IMG/VR virus record: IMGVR_UViG_3300016476_000328
Span: 1 to 46,535 of that record
Strand: one strand, 5' to 3'
Origin: a virus
Taxonomy: Duplodnaviria; Caudoviricetes
Length of the DNA: 46,535 nt
Shown one piece after another: positions 19,617 to 28,938 of this stretch (position 1 is its first letter; each line of letters opens with the position of its first letter). The notes below the pieces were generated by a model, which was not told the DNA's origin, searched no databases, and saw nothing but the letters and a program-made list of their open reading frames with translations. Position numbers and translations under genes: made by a program.

Positions 19617-20155
19617 AAACTGTAATTTTAGTAGCACTACCAGAAGAGTTAGATGCCAGCCTAGTGGACTGTCCTGTTGTTTATACTGGCGTGGGTCTAA
19701 GCAATGCTGCCATGATGACCTACGATGCCATTGTTCAGCATAGCCCAGACAGAATCATAAACTATGGTAGCGCAGGTGCCTTAAAACAACTACAAGGCTT
19801 ATACAGTATCGCCGCAGTTTGCCAGCGTGATGCAGATTGTAGTCCTTTGCGTGAGCGTGGGTTCATGCTGGGTGAAAACATACTGTACTATCAGAGCGGC
19901 AACAGTGGCATCCGTTGCGGTAGCGGCAACAACTTTGTTACCAATCCAGACCAGTGGACTAGAGATCACTGCGACATAGTGGATATGGAACTTTGGGCGA
20001 TTGCCAAGGTTTGCGACTTGCACAAGATCCTATGGACTAGCATGAAATGGATCAGTGATAACGCAGATGGTGAGAGTGGAATGGTCTGGGAAGATGCACT
20101 TGCAGCTGGACAAGCAGAATTTATCAAATGGTTGAAAGATCAACAACTTCGTTGA
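19613..20155 (+). CDS. MTA/SAH nucleosidase-like (PNP/UDP family)
   Basis: VALPEE, TGVG..NAA, INYGSAG, VDME and KWISDNAD motifs. Confidence 0.85.
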   Translation: MKTVILVALPEELDASLVDCPVVYTGVGLSNAAMMTYDAIVQHSPDRIINYGSAGALKQLQGLYSIAAVCQRDADCSPLRERGFMLGENILYYQSGNSGIRCGSGNNFVTNPDQWTRDHCDIVDMELWAIAKVCDLHKILWTSMKWISDNADGESGMVWEDALAAGQAEFIKWLKDQQLR

Positions 20156-20179
20156 CTTACAAGCAGGCTAGCGTATAAT
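20152..20179 (+). promoter_or_regulatory. sigma70-type promoter facing an ORF-free region
   Basis: TTGACT-16 nt-TATAAT. Confidence 0.65.
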
Positions 20180-20185
20180 AACAGT

Positions 20186-20665
20186 CTACACGCATGTTTG
20201 ATTAGCGCAGGCTAATCCCTATTGAGATTGTACAGGTAGTGCTGTGCCGTCGGATCTTAGGTTGTGTACGTTAGGAACCAACGTCAGGTTCTAAAAGATT
20301 GCGGCTCTGTGAAAAAGATACAACCGCAGGCTCTTGAAGTTTCGCCGTATTTGGGATTTCAAGGGCTACCGCTGACAGTCAAGTCTTGAGTAAGGGGTAC
20401 CGGTCAACCGCCTCTGTTTTTAGCCTAATGCTAAAAAATCTCATCAATACGGTATGGTTAGGAACTCACGAAATGCCACCATAAATTTGCCGGTCAACGG
20501 CAAATTATGACCGAATCTACGAAATAATTAACCAGTATTTGAGACGAATAGATTAGCGTAAGAAAACAATGATTCGAGTACGAAGTATGAAGAATCAGAT
20601 GTGCGTAGTGCAACGAAGCACATAAAACCTAAGATCCTAATGGCTTGTCGCGACTTCGGCATAAT
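20186..20665 (+). ncRNA. candidate large structured non-coding RNA (~480 nt)
   Basis: No ORF >=60 aa; perfect 12-bp long-range pair 20252-20263/20626-20637; many local hairpins; loop 20344-20351 is complementary to 20446-20453. Confidence 0.65.
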
Positions 20666-20705
20666 GATTTAATTCAGGTAAATAATACAAATAATTGGAG
20701 TTTGT

Positions 20706-21449
20706 ATGATTTTACTTGAGGGTGGAAATGTCTTTACTAATGCTGAGCCTTTTGATCACAAAGACGTTCCTGCTATACTGAAAACAGTTAATAGTGCTCT
20801 GCGTGGTACTGGTATTGAAGTTATTCCAGTCGGTAGTGCAGCAACACCTGTCCCTGGTAAAAAGAGTGGGGACATGGATGTTCTAGCCGATGAAGCTGCC
20901 GTAATGAGTTACTTCAAGGCCAAAGATGCAAAGACTGCTCGCAAAGCTCTAAACGATTACATCAAGACCAAGGGACTAGAAACAGCCCAAACAGGCATCA
21001 ACGTACACGTAAACGTTCCGGTTGGTGGTCACTATCATCAAGTAGACATCATGGTAACTGCGAATGCTCAACAAGTTGCCAAATTCCATACACATCAGAT
21101 TCCACAAGGAAGCCCATATAAAGGCGTTAACAAACAATTGCTCATGGCATTCCTTGCCAAGGACAAGGGCTACATGTGGAGTGCATGGCAGGGTTTATTC
21201 GGCAGAACTCCCGAAGGTAAGAAGGGTGAGTTCGTCACAGACGATCTAGCAAAGATCGCAGAGATTTTAACTGGTAAAGCAGATGCTAATGTACTTGGTA
21301 GCGTAGAGAGTATTCTGGCAGCATTACCTCAACAACAGGCCGCAGAGTTGCTTGCTCGTGGCAAAGCAGATCCCAATTGGAAAGAAATAAAACAAGAAAG
21401 CCGTGTGGGCACCAATGAATGGTTCCGCAACTTATTGAACAAGTTATGA
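20706..21449 (+). CDS. Pol-beta superfamily nucleotidyltransferase
   Basis: VGS...SGDMDV and QVDIM catalytic pattern; MILLEG leader. Confidence 0.7.
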   Translation: MILLEGGNVFTNAEPFDHKDVPAILKTVNSALRGTGIEVIPVGSAATPVPGKKSGDMDVLADEAAVMSYFKAKDAKTARKALNDYIKTKGLETAQTGINVHVNVPVGGHYHQVDIMVTANAQQVAKFHTHQIPQGSPYKGVNKQLLMAFLAKDKGYMWSAWQGLFGRTPEGKKGEFVTDDLAKIAEILTGKADANVLGSVESILAALPQQQAAELLARGKADPNWKEIKQESRVGTNEWFRNLLNKL

Positions 21450-22258
21450 AAATCAACGAACTACAAATAGACGAAATTGAACGACTCTCACCAAGTGACT
21501 ATCGCGGGGGTAAGAGCTACCTATATGCTGGTTCGTCAACAAAAAAATATTATCCACTGCCAGGTGGCTCTGGGTTTCTATATAGCATAGAAGATCCTCG
21601 TGGTGAACCAGTTATTAAGTTATGGGACCCAAATAGCCAAACATCCGATCCTAAGCCAAAGAAAAGTCCTTATGAATTTACCAGTGAATTTAATAAGAGA
21701 ATGAGGGACTGGGAGGAACGTCAGCGCACAGGTAAGCGTATACCACAAATTATTGGTAAGCTCACACTAGAACAACCATACTATTTTCCACTAAAAGGTG
21801 CATTACAAGTTGGCACCATTACTGTAGATGAAGACTACCGCGGTGTTGGTCTCGCCAAAGCATTGTACGGTATTGTGTTGACTATCATGAAGCGCCCACT
21901 GCTAGCAGGTTCAAGTCAGACCCCTGGTGGTCGTCGAAACTGGGTCAGCCTAAGTCAAATACCTGGTGTGGAAATGAAGGGCTATATTTCCGTACAGGAT
22001 TACGAGTTAAACGTTGACCCTAGAAGAGACGATATGAAATGGGTCAAGAAGGCAGAAGAAAATATTGATGAGATCATGGGTAAGTTGGGTGGGCAATACA
22101 TTGGAAAAAGTGGCAGCGGTCATTTCTTTGCCTTTGATGTTCAGCCTAATACAACCGGCACAGAATTAGAAGCCGCAGTGGAACAAAAGGTTGCACATGT
22201 ATATGGTGGTAAGGCTAGTTTTGAAGGCGGCTTATTTGCAGTTTGGACGGGACAATGA
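21446..22258 (+). CDS. GNAT-fold acetyltransferase-like protein
   Basis: ITVDEDYRGVGLAKALY acetyl-CoA binding motif A; MKINELQIDE leader. Confidence 0.75.
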   Translation: MKINELQIDEIERLSPSDYRGGKSYLYAGSSTKKYYPLPGGSGFLYSIEDPRGEPVIKLWDPNSQTSDPKPKKSPYEFTSEFNKRMRDWEERQRTGKRIPQIIGKLTLEQPYYFPLKGALQVGTITVDEDYRGVGLAKALYGIVLTIMKRPLLAGSSQTPGGRRNWVSLSQIPGVEMKGYISVQDYELNVDPRRDDMKWVKKAEENIDEIMGKLGGQYIGKSGSGHFFAFDVQPNTTGTELEAAVEQKVAHVYGGKASFEGGLFAVWTGQ

Positions 22259-23394
22259 GATTACTAGAACTTTTAGAAGCAACAGATCCAAGACTAGGTC
22301 GTGCCTTCAACCACCTGGAGGACCTAGTGTTCTTCTATGGTACAAAGGGAACAATAGAAGCCCTAGAACACCTCAAGGATCTTAATACCGCAGAGGGCAG
22401 TGGAAGCGTTCGTATGAAGTGGGACGGCAATCCTCAAATTTACTGGGGTAGAGAGAACGGTGTTGTGGTGCCTCCACATGGTCATGCACAGTGGGGTAGA
22501 GCAGTATTACCAAAGACAGGTAAAGATGTGGCTGATTACATTATGAGTACTGGCAAGGCCGCAACACCTGAAGAGATTGCAAGTCGTCAGCAATTTGCCA
22601 ACAAGTTTGCTAGCCTAGCACCACTATTTGCAGCAGCAACACCCAAAGAAGTTGAAGGTAACAGCACATATTATGTATATGCAGATGCGCTATTCTTGGA
22701 ACCACCAGAGTTAAAGGATGGTGTTTACACATTCTGTCCTAACCCAAAGAGCCAGACTTGCTATCATGTTCGTGCTGATAGTGACTTGGGTAAGCGTATT
22801 GCACAAGCAGAAGTCATGGTTGTTGGACACGCATATTTTACAGAGCATGGTCAACCTGATAGCGCACAGATTCCTATTAAAGACTTCAGCCAGTTTAACA
22901 CAAACCCTAAACTGATTGTACTTGGTCCAATCTATAACGTTGCACCTGTTAAGGTTGATACCACAATGATCGACCAGGTAGAGCGTCATATACAACAGCA
23001 TTCAAGACAGGTTGATGGGTTCCTAGCAGGAACAGCAGGTCTAAGTGACCTCAAGCAGATCATATACACATATGTTAACCAGAGTGCAAAAGCCAAACAG
23101 CTAGACAGCCTAAGTGCAGAACATTTCTTCCAGTGGGCTGCAACAAAGGTAAGTGCACCTAAACAGGCAAAGATCAAAGAACTCAACAAGGCAAACAATA
23201 ATGCCCTTGAGGAAATATTTAAAATAGTAAGAGCAGTACAGTTCTTAAAAGATAACGTCATCGATCAGATAGAATCGGGACCTAAGGCTGACATTTGGGA
23301 TACACACGGAGAAGGTCGTGTGCGCTATGCAGATCCCTCAAAACAATTTGGTAACGTGAAATTCGTTCCAAGAAAGCGTTGGACACCACAATGA
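22255..23394 (+). CDS. DUF6267-like protein with ligase-type KxDG motif
   Basis: HLEDLVF, MKWDGNPQIYWG, HGEG and KFVPR; MRLLELLEA leader. Confidence 0.65.
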   Translation: MRLLELLEATDPRLGRAFNHLEDLVFFYGTKGTIEALEHLKDLNTAEGSGSVRMKWDGNPQIYWGRENGVVVPPHGHAQWGRAVLPKTGKDVADYIMSTGKAATPEEIASRQQFANKFASLAPLFAAATPKEVEGNSTYYVYADALFLEPPELKDGVYTFCPNPKSQTCYHVRADSDLGKRIAQAEVMVVGHAYFTEHGQPDSAQIPIKDFSQFNTNPKLIVLGPIYNVAPVKVDTTMIDQVERHIQQHSRQVDGFLAGTAGLSDLKQIIYTYVNQSAKAKQLDSLSAEHFFQWAATKVSAPKQAKIKELNKANNNALEEIFKIVRAVQFLKDNVIDQIESGPKADIWDTHGEGRVRYADPSKQFGNVKFVPRKRWTPQ

Positions 23395-25610
23395 AAATCA
23401 ATACAGTTCTAAACGAAGCGCCACAAAGGGTGGCAATTATATTTGGTAGATTTAATCCACCGCATTATGGTCATAAGGCTGCATGGGAAACTGCATCCAA
23501 GTTCGACCAGTGGTTTGTTGGTACTAACAAGAGTACTATAGGCGAGAAGGATCCACTGCCCTATGAAGTTAAGATTGAGGCTATGAAGGCAGTATGGCCT
23601 GAAGTCGCCAATCACATAATGACTGAACAGAGCTGGTTTACAATGGCCAGCAGAATCTACGAACGTTTTGGTCCCGTCATACTAGTCGTCGTTACAGATG
23701 AAACAGACAAAGACTGGATCATGCCCACCATGGTTAAAAACAATGGCGTGGAAGCTGCACACGGTTACTACAATTTCCCCAAGATTGTTTGGCAAAAAGC
23801 TGCACGTATCAGTAGCGCAACAGATCTGCGTGGTGCAGTAGCAAAGGGCGATAAGGCAGCATTTGAAAAAGCCGCAGGTGTCAGTGCAGATACACCTGTA
23901 GCTGGTAGCACATTCTATGAAGTTGTTAGCAAATACCTAATGCCTTACCTACAAGCTAAGGCGGAAAAAGAACGTATTAAAGCGGAGCGTGAGGCTGCAA
24001 AGGCAGCTAAGGCTGCAAAAGCTAAACCCAAGAAAGAAAGCGTTACAGAAGTTGCTCCACCTGGTATGGAAAAATGGATTAAGGATCGTAAAGCTGATTT
24101 TAAAAAGCGTTATGGTGATCGCTGGGAAGAAGTATTATATGCAACAGCATGGAAGCGCAAGAACAACGAGAGCGTAGAAGAGAGTGCTGAACAAAAGTTT
24201 GCAGTCACTTATGATATCTACGGAAGCAATAAGGAAAAGCCGCTATACACAAAAACTAGAACAGTTAGGGCAAAGAGCGAACAAGAGGCAATAGATACAT
24301 TGCGTAAACTTGTGGGCGGCACCAATTATCGTGTAGAAAAGCAAACAGCAGAAGGCGCCTTTGATAATACTAGTCCAATGACCAAGGATTCTATCAAACA
24401 GGATAAGATTCGCAGTCTAAAGAATCTTATTGCAATAGCTAAAGAAAAAGGTCGTCAACTACGAGTTCAGGAACTTGAATTAGAATTAAAGAAACTAGAG
24501 GGGGTGACCGAAGGATTTGTTGGTAGAGAAACCAAAGATGGTACGTGGAGAGTTTTTAAAGACGGGCAGGCTGTAGCAGTTGCTGGACCATTTAAAAGTA
24601 GAGAAGAGGCGAATACTTGGATACAAAAACACAATAAAGGTGTTGCAGAGTCTGACTCTGCTGAAGATATCAATAAACAAATAGAGTTTCACAAGCAAGG
24701 TCAAGCTGCGGCACAATACAAGGGTGCTATGAATAAAAAGCATGCTGCACGAATTAAAGAATTATTGGCTAAACTAGAAGAACTCAAAACAAAAAGCGTG
24801 AACGAGGAGAAGCAGCGTTTAGATCCTAAATGCTGGGATGGCTACAAAAAGCAAGGCACAAAGATGAAGGGTGACACCAGAGTCAACAACTGTGTCAAAG
24901 AAAGCTTCACACCTATGCAAATTGCCTTAATGGAAGGCGGACATAGCCTAGATGAAGGCTGGAAAGAAAGAGCTGCCGCAGCAGCTCTTGCAGGCGCAGC
25001 AGCACTGGGTGGTGGTAATGCCCAGGCACAAAATATAGATCTGGGCAGGGTAATGCATGGTGCAATGGGTCATGTGGGCAGAATGAGCAACAACCCAAAC
25101 TGGAATAAGAGTGTTGCTGTGGATGCTGCACAGAAAGCGATGCGCCAGACAGTTCAGCAACATGTTCAACAGGAACGTGCAGGTGACCAAGAGCTACTAA
25201 GAAAGATCACAGATCAAAGAGATAGGCAAGCATTTGCAATGGCTGCAAGGGACAAAGACTACTGGCGTCAGGCTGCAATCAATATGAGAGACCGTGTTGA
25301 TATGGGTAAAGCGGCTGCGTCTATAGCTTACTACAAGGAAGTTAAGCGTGAAATGATGTCCAAATACCTAGGCCATGCCGAGGGTGTGGATGACAAAGTT
25401 GCAGGTCGTTATGACCCAGAAGAGTTTGATGCAATGGTATCCAGGGTTGGTAAATTGGCTAAGGCAGGCCCACTAAAAACAGTTTGGGATCCTGTTAAGC
25501 GTGTTTACAAAAACGTACCTGATACTGACAAGCAGAAAAAAATCGCGGAAGCTGTGGTTAAGGTAGTTGAAGTGATCAAGCAGCGAAAGGGCTTGTGGAA
25601 AAACAAGTAA
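23391..25610 (+). CDS. HxGH cytidyltransferase-like domain fused to a string of short modules
   Basis: FGRFNPPHYGH and ISSAT..R motifs; C-terminal two-thirds is short modules bounded by V/L-x-E motifs. Confidence 0.75.
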   Translation: MKINTVLNEAPQRVAIIFGRFNPPHYGHKAAWETASKFDQWFVGTNKSTIGEKDPLPYEVKIEAMKAVWPEVANHIMTEQSWFTMASRIYERFGPVILVVVTDETDKDWIMPTMVKNNGVEAAHGYYNFPKIVWQKAARISSATDLRGAVAKGDKAAFEKAAGVSADTPVAGSTFYEVVSKYLMPYLQAKAEKERIKAEREAAKAAKAAKAKPKKESVTEVAPPGMEKWIKDRKADFKKRYGDRWEEVLYATAWKRKNNESVEESAEQKFAVTYDIYGSNKEKPLYTKTRTVRAKSEQEAIDTLRKLVGGTNYRVEKQTAEGAFDNTSPMTKDSIKQDKIRSLKNLIAIAKEKGRQLRVQELELELKKLEGVTEGFVGRETKDGTWRVFKDGQAVAVAGPFKSREEANTWIQKHNKGVAESDSAEDINKQIEFHKQGQAAAQYKGAMNKKHAARIKELLAKLEELKTKSVNEEKQRLDPKCWDGYKKQGTKMKGDTRVNNCVKESFTPMQIALMEGGHSLDEGWKERAAAAALAGAAALGGGNAQAQNIDLGRVMHGAMGHVGRMSNNPNWNKSVAVDAAQKAMRQTVQQHVQQERAGDQELLRKITDQRDRQAFAMAARDKDYWRQAAINMRDRVDMGKAAASIAYYKEVKREMMSKYLGHAEGVDDKVAGRYDPEEFDAMVSRVGKLAKAGPLKTVWDPVKRVYKNVPDTDKQKKIAEAVVKVVEVIKQRKGLWKNK

Positions 25611-25619
25611 ATAGTATAT

Positions 25620-27986
25620 ATGAAATACCTAGAGCTATTAGAACAAACCCTTAACGAAATCAACATGAGCCCTAGTGCCTTAAAACAGGCAGCGGCTGGT
25701 ATTGATGCTCGTGCAGGTATGGAATTCGAAATGATTGTGCCAGACATTGGCAGTCTGGACGATGATGATTTCGAAAGCGAACCTGACTACGACCAAGACG
25801 AGAGTATAAGTGATTTTGAAGACATTAGAAACTTCTTCCATGATGGTGACTATAATGGTCGTCGTGCAGTTGATCGTCTAATGGAAGACATTGAGCAAGA
25901 ATATTATGACAGCGATTGGCTCAGCGAAAAGAAACATGACATGTGGATGGAGGCTGCAACCGAAAGCATTTCTGATTTGGTTGAAAGAGATTATAGTGAT
26001 ACTCTTTACGATCAAGCAGTAGAGGAAATAGAAAAAGAAAGTCCAGACTTTGGTGTTGGTAGCGATGAATTCAGAGAAGCAGTTGAACAGCGTCATGCTG
26101 AGTTAGTTAAAGAAAAAGTAGACGAGATTCTAGCAGATATGGGCAGTGAATACGATGATGCCTTCAATGACTGGGATAATGACACTTGGCAAGATATACA
26201 AAACGATAGTGATACACAGCGTGAGTGGCTTGAGTATCAGGGCTACAATGCCATGAGTGATATTGCTAACAATTTTGACATTGAGTGGCCACACTGGACA
26301 GAACCAGGCAGCGAATACGGTAGCGGTGGCGAAAACGCACAGCGTATTGCCGACGAGTTCAGTGAATTTATTAACAAAAAGGTCAACTTTAGCATGAGCT
26401 ATCACGGTGGTAGACGTGAACCTGGTGCTTATGTTGTTGAACCTGATGGTAGCTTGGAAGGTGATAACGCTGGCGACCAAGGCTTGGAGTTCGTTAGCCC
26501 GCCAATGCCTATCAACGAATTACTTGCCGACCTAATAGCAGTTAAAGAGTTTGCCGAGAACAATGGTTGCTATACTAACGAGTCCACTGGCTTGCACATT
26601 AACGTTAGTGTTCCTGGCTTCAGCATGGAAAAGCTAGACTATGTTAAGTTAGCCATTCTACTAGGCGATGAGCGAGTATTAAACGAGTTTGGTCGTCTAG
26701 GTAACACATATACAAAGAGTGCTTTACAAATTGTTAAGCAAAATATCAAGCAGCGTCCAGAAGATGCAGCAGCTCTACTAGGTAAAATGCGTGAGCATTT
26801 GAGCACTGCGGCTGCAAAAGCGATTCACAGTGGTGTTACAAGCAAGTACACAAGTATCAACACAAAGACCGGTTACATTGAATTCCGTAGTCCAGGCGGT
26901 GATTGGCTTGGCGCTAACTACGAACTTATTGAACCAACTCTGTTGCGTTTCGTTGTTGCACTAGACGCAGCTCTGGACGAAACAAAATACAGACAAGAGT
27001 ACGCAAAAAAGCTATATAAATTACTTGCTCCTAGCAGTGACGAACCTGGTATCCTAGAACTATTCGCTAACTACAGCGCAGGTGAGTTGGATAAAGAAGC
27101 ATTAATTAGACAAGTTCGAAGTGCCCAACTTTCAAGAAACATTGCTAAGGGCAAAGTATCGGCAGGAGCACAGTATTGGTGGCGTGTTAGCCGTCCTGGT
27201 CATGCAGCCGAAATTGAAGTTGTTGCAAAAAATAAAGAAGAAGCTATCGCAAAAGCATCAGAACCAGGCAACTATCCAGAGTGGCGTGGTCGACAGGATG
27301 TCACAGCTAAACCAATTCGTCCTTATGAAGAAAAGCCCACAGCACAAGCAAGTACAGGGGCAGCAACACCACAACGTCCGGAAAATACTCCTCCAGCAAG
27401 CGGAGAGGGTATGACTGGAAACTGGGGTCTTTGGCTAACAAATGCCAACAGATTTGCAAGGTGGCCAAACAGTCAAGACTTAAGAAGATTTTCAACTCAA
27501 GATGTCGCTCAACGATACTTGGACGATTTGCGACAGTCTAACCCCTTGGTAAGAGGCGATATAGAAGTTCGAAATATAGAACAAGCAGCAGACGCAAGTC
27601 AATTCCAAGAACCCAATGCTAACCGTGGCGACCTAACTCCACGTGGGCCTGGACCTTGGGAAATATATAGATTAAGTGATGGAAGCAGTGTTCGCGAGCT
27701 ATCTAACACAAGCCGTCCAGAAGCTGAACAGGAAGCACGTAATGCACTAGGCCTACGTGCAGAAGCACCAGAGCTTTATGGTGTAAGAACTCGTCAGCAG
27801 CGAGCACAGCAGCACTTTACTGGCTATTGGGACGTTAAGATAGGCGATGAAGTTGTATTTAGAGTACAGGCAGAAACTCAAGGCGAAGCTAACAACAAAG
27901 CTCGTGAATGGATAATGCAACGAAGCCCAGAATTTAGACAGCAGCACCAAGGTGGTGAAGTCTCTGTTACACCGAGGTATGAATAA
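25620..27986 (+). CDS. putative amidoligase (COOH-NH2 ligase, Amidoligase_2-like) with acidic insertion
   Basis: GMEFE, EPDGSL, LEFVSPP, STGLHINV, KYTSIN and IEFRSPGG motifs. Confidence 0.8.
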   Translation: MKYLELLEQTLNEINMSPSALKQAAAGIDARAGMEFEMIVPDIGSLDDDDFESEPDYDQDESISDFEDIRNFFHDGDYNGRRAVDRLMEDIEQEYYDSDWLSEKKHDMWMEAATESISDLVERDYSDTLYDQAVEEIEKESPDFGVGSDEFREAVEQRHAELVKEKVDEILADMGSEYDDAFNDWDNDTWQDIQNDSDTQREWLEYQGYNAMSDIANNFDIEWPHWTEPGSEYGSGGENAQRIADEFSEFINKKVNFSMSYHGGRREPGAYVVEPDGSLEGDNAGDQGLEFVSPPMPINELLADLIAVKEFAENNGCYTNESTGLHINVSVPGFSMEKLDYVKLAILLGDERVLNEFGRLGNTYTKSALQIVKQNIKQRPEDAAALLGKMREHLSTAAAKAIHSGVTSKYTSINTKTGYIEFRSPGGDWLGANYELIEPTLLRFVVALDAALDETKYRQEYAKKLYKLLAPSSDEPGILELFANYSAGELDKEALIRQVRSAQLSRNIAKGKVSAGAQYWWRVSRPGHAAEIEVVAKNKEEAIAKASEPGNYPEWRGRQDVTAKPIRPYEEKPTAQASTGAATPQRPENTPPASGEGMTGNWGLWLTNANRFARWPNSQDLRRFSTQDVAQRYLDDLRQSNPLVRGDIEVRNIEQAADASQFQEPNANRGDLTPRGPGPWEIYRLSDGSSVRELSNTSRPEAEQEARNALGLRAEAPELYGVRTRQQRAQQHFTGYWDVKIGDEVVFRVQAETQGEANNKAREWIMQRSPEFRQQHQGGEVSVTPRYE

Positions 27987-28426
27987 TGAGATTACTAGAA
28001 CTTTTAGATAACGACAAGGACGAGACTCCTAAAACAAATAAGGCGTCTGACCAGCGAGTTGCACCTCATGTACAGGAACCTAAAAACTATGGTACTGCTC
28101 GTGCAATGTCTAAAGACCCTGCTGGTGCTATCCCCAATGCAAGAATTGTAAGCCAGATTAGGAACACCGATACTTACATGCAGTACAGATATGGTATCGC
28201 ACTGGCTGCAAGTGCAGCGCAGCAAGGCAAAGGTAAAGAGTTCGAACAGGAAAGCGACTGGAGTGAAAACATTGGCCTAGTCGGATACACTGATGCAGAC
28301 CTTGAAGTCATCAAGGGTGCAGACAAACTAATGGGCGTTACCAGCGATCAGATCAGCGACGGCGGCAGTCATGAGCAGGACGATGTTAACACCAAGAGTG
28401 CAATCAGCGGAGCAGAAAATCAATGA
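27986..28426 (+). CDS. probable head-associated hypothetical protein
   Basis: MRLLELL leader; YTD...DDVNTKS domain shared with ORF 14532. Confidence 0.75.
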   Translation: MRLLELLDNDKDETPKTNKASDQRVAPHVQEPKNYGTARAMSKDPAGAIPNARIVSQIRNTDTYMQYRYGIALAASAAQQGKGKEFEQESDWSENIGLVGYTDADLEVIKGADKLMGVTSDQISDGGSHEQDDVNTKSAISGAENQ

Positions 28427-28932
28427 GATTGCTTGAACTATTGACGGAAAGCAGGCTAGGTGATATTACCACACCTGATTTTAAAATTTTCGTATCAAGC
28501 CATATGATTGATCAAATAGTTAAGCGTGGTTTGCCTATACTTGGTCCCGATAAAGTTATTAGGAAATTTACAACAGTAAAGAATGAAATACGTGCCTTGG
28601 ACGATGGACAAAAGTTCTGGGTATATGATGACAGCATCAACATGTCTCTGGGTATGAGAAAGATGAACGACTCACACCTAATACTGGCAACAGCAGTAGA
28701 GGGTAGGGCATGGAATAGTCAGGTACCACAGCTTAACGTGGGCACGGTTACAGAACAAGAACTAAACGAGCAACCCTTAATGTATAAGGGCTATCCTTGC
28801 ACTAAGGACTGTGGTGGGCACATGGCTGGATATGCATGGGCAGAGCGTCACGGCATAGATGATGAGGATCTATGCGGGGGCAGTAGCAACAGCTTCTGGG
28901 AAGGATGCAAGAGCAGGGCCGAAGGTAAATAA
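28423..28932 (+). CDS. two-module hypothetical protein with Cys-rich C-terminus
   Basis: MRLLELLTES leader; CTKDCGGH.AGY.WA...C...SF.EGC. Confidence 0.75.
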   Translation: MRLLELLTESRLGDITTPDFKIFVSSHMIDQIVKRGLPILGPDKVIRKFTTVKNEIRALDDGQKFWVYDDSINMSLGMRKMNDSHLILATAVEGRAWNSQVPQLNVGTVTEQELNEQPLMYKGYPCTKDCGGHMAGYAWAERHGIDDEDLCGGSSNSFWEGCKSRAEGK

Positions 28933-28938
28933 TATATT

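Noticed and set aside
20186-20665. tmRNA, RNase P, tRNA or group I/II intron identity
   Set aside because: No GGGG..GAUUCGA start or T-arm/CCA end in the right context, no GAGGAAAGUCC, and no recognisable P7 or domain V; GCCACCA near 20475 lacks a T-loop
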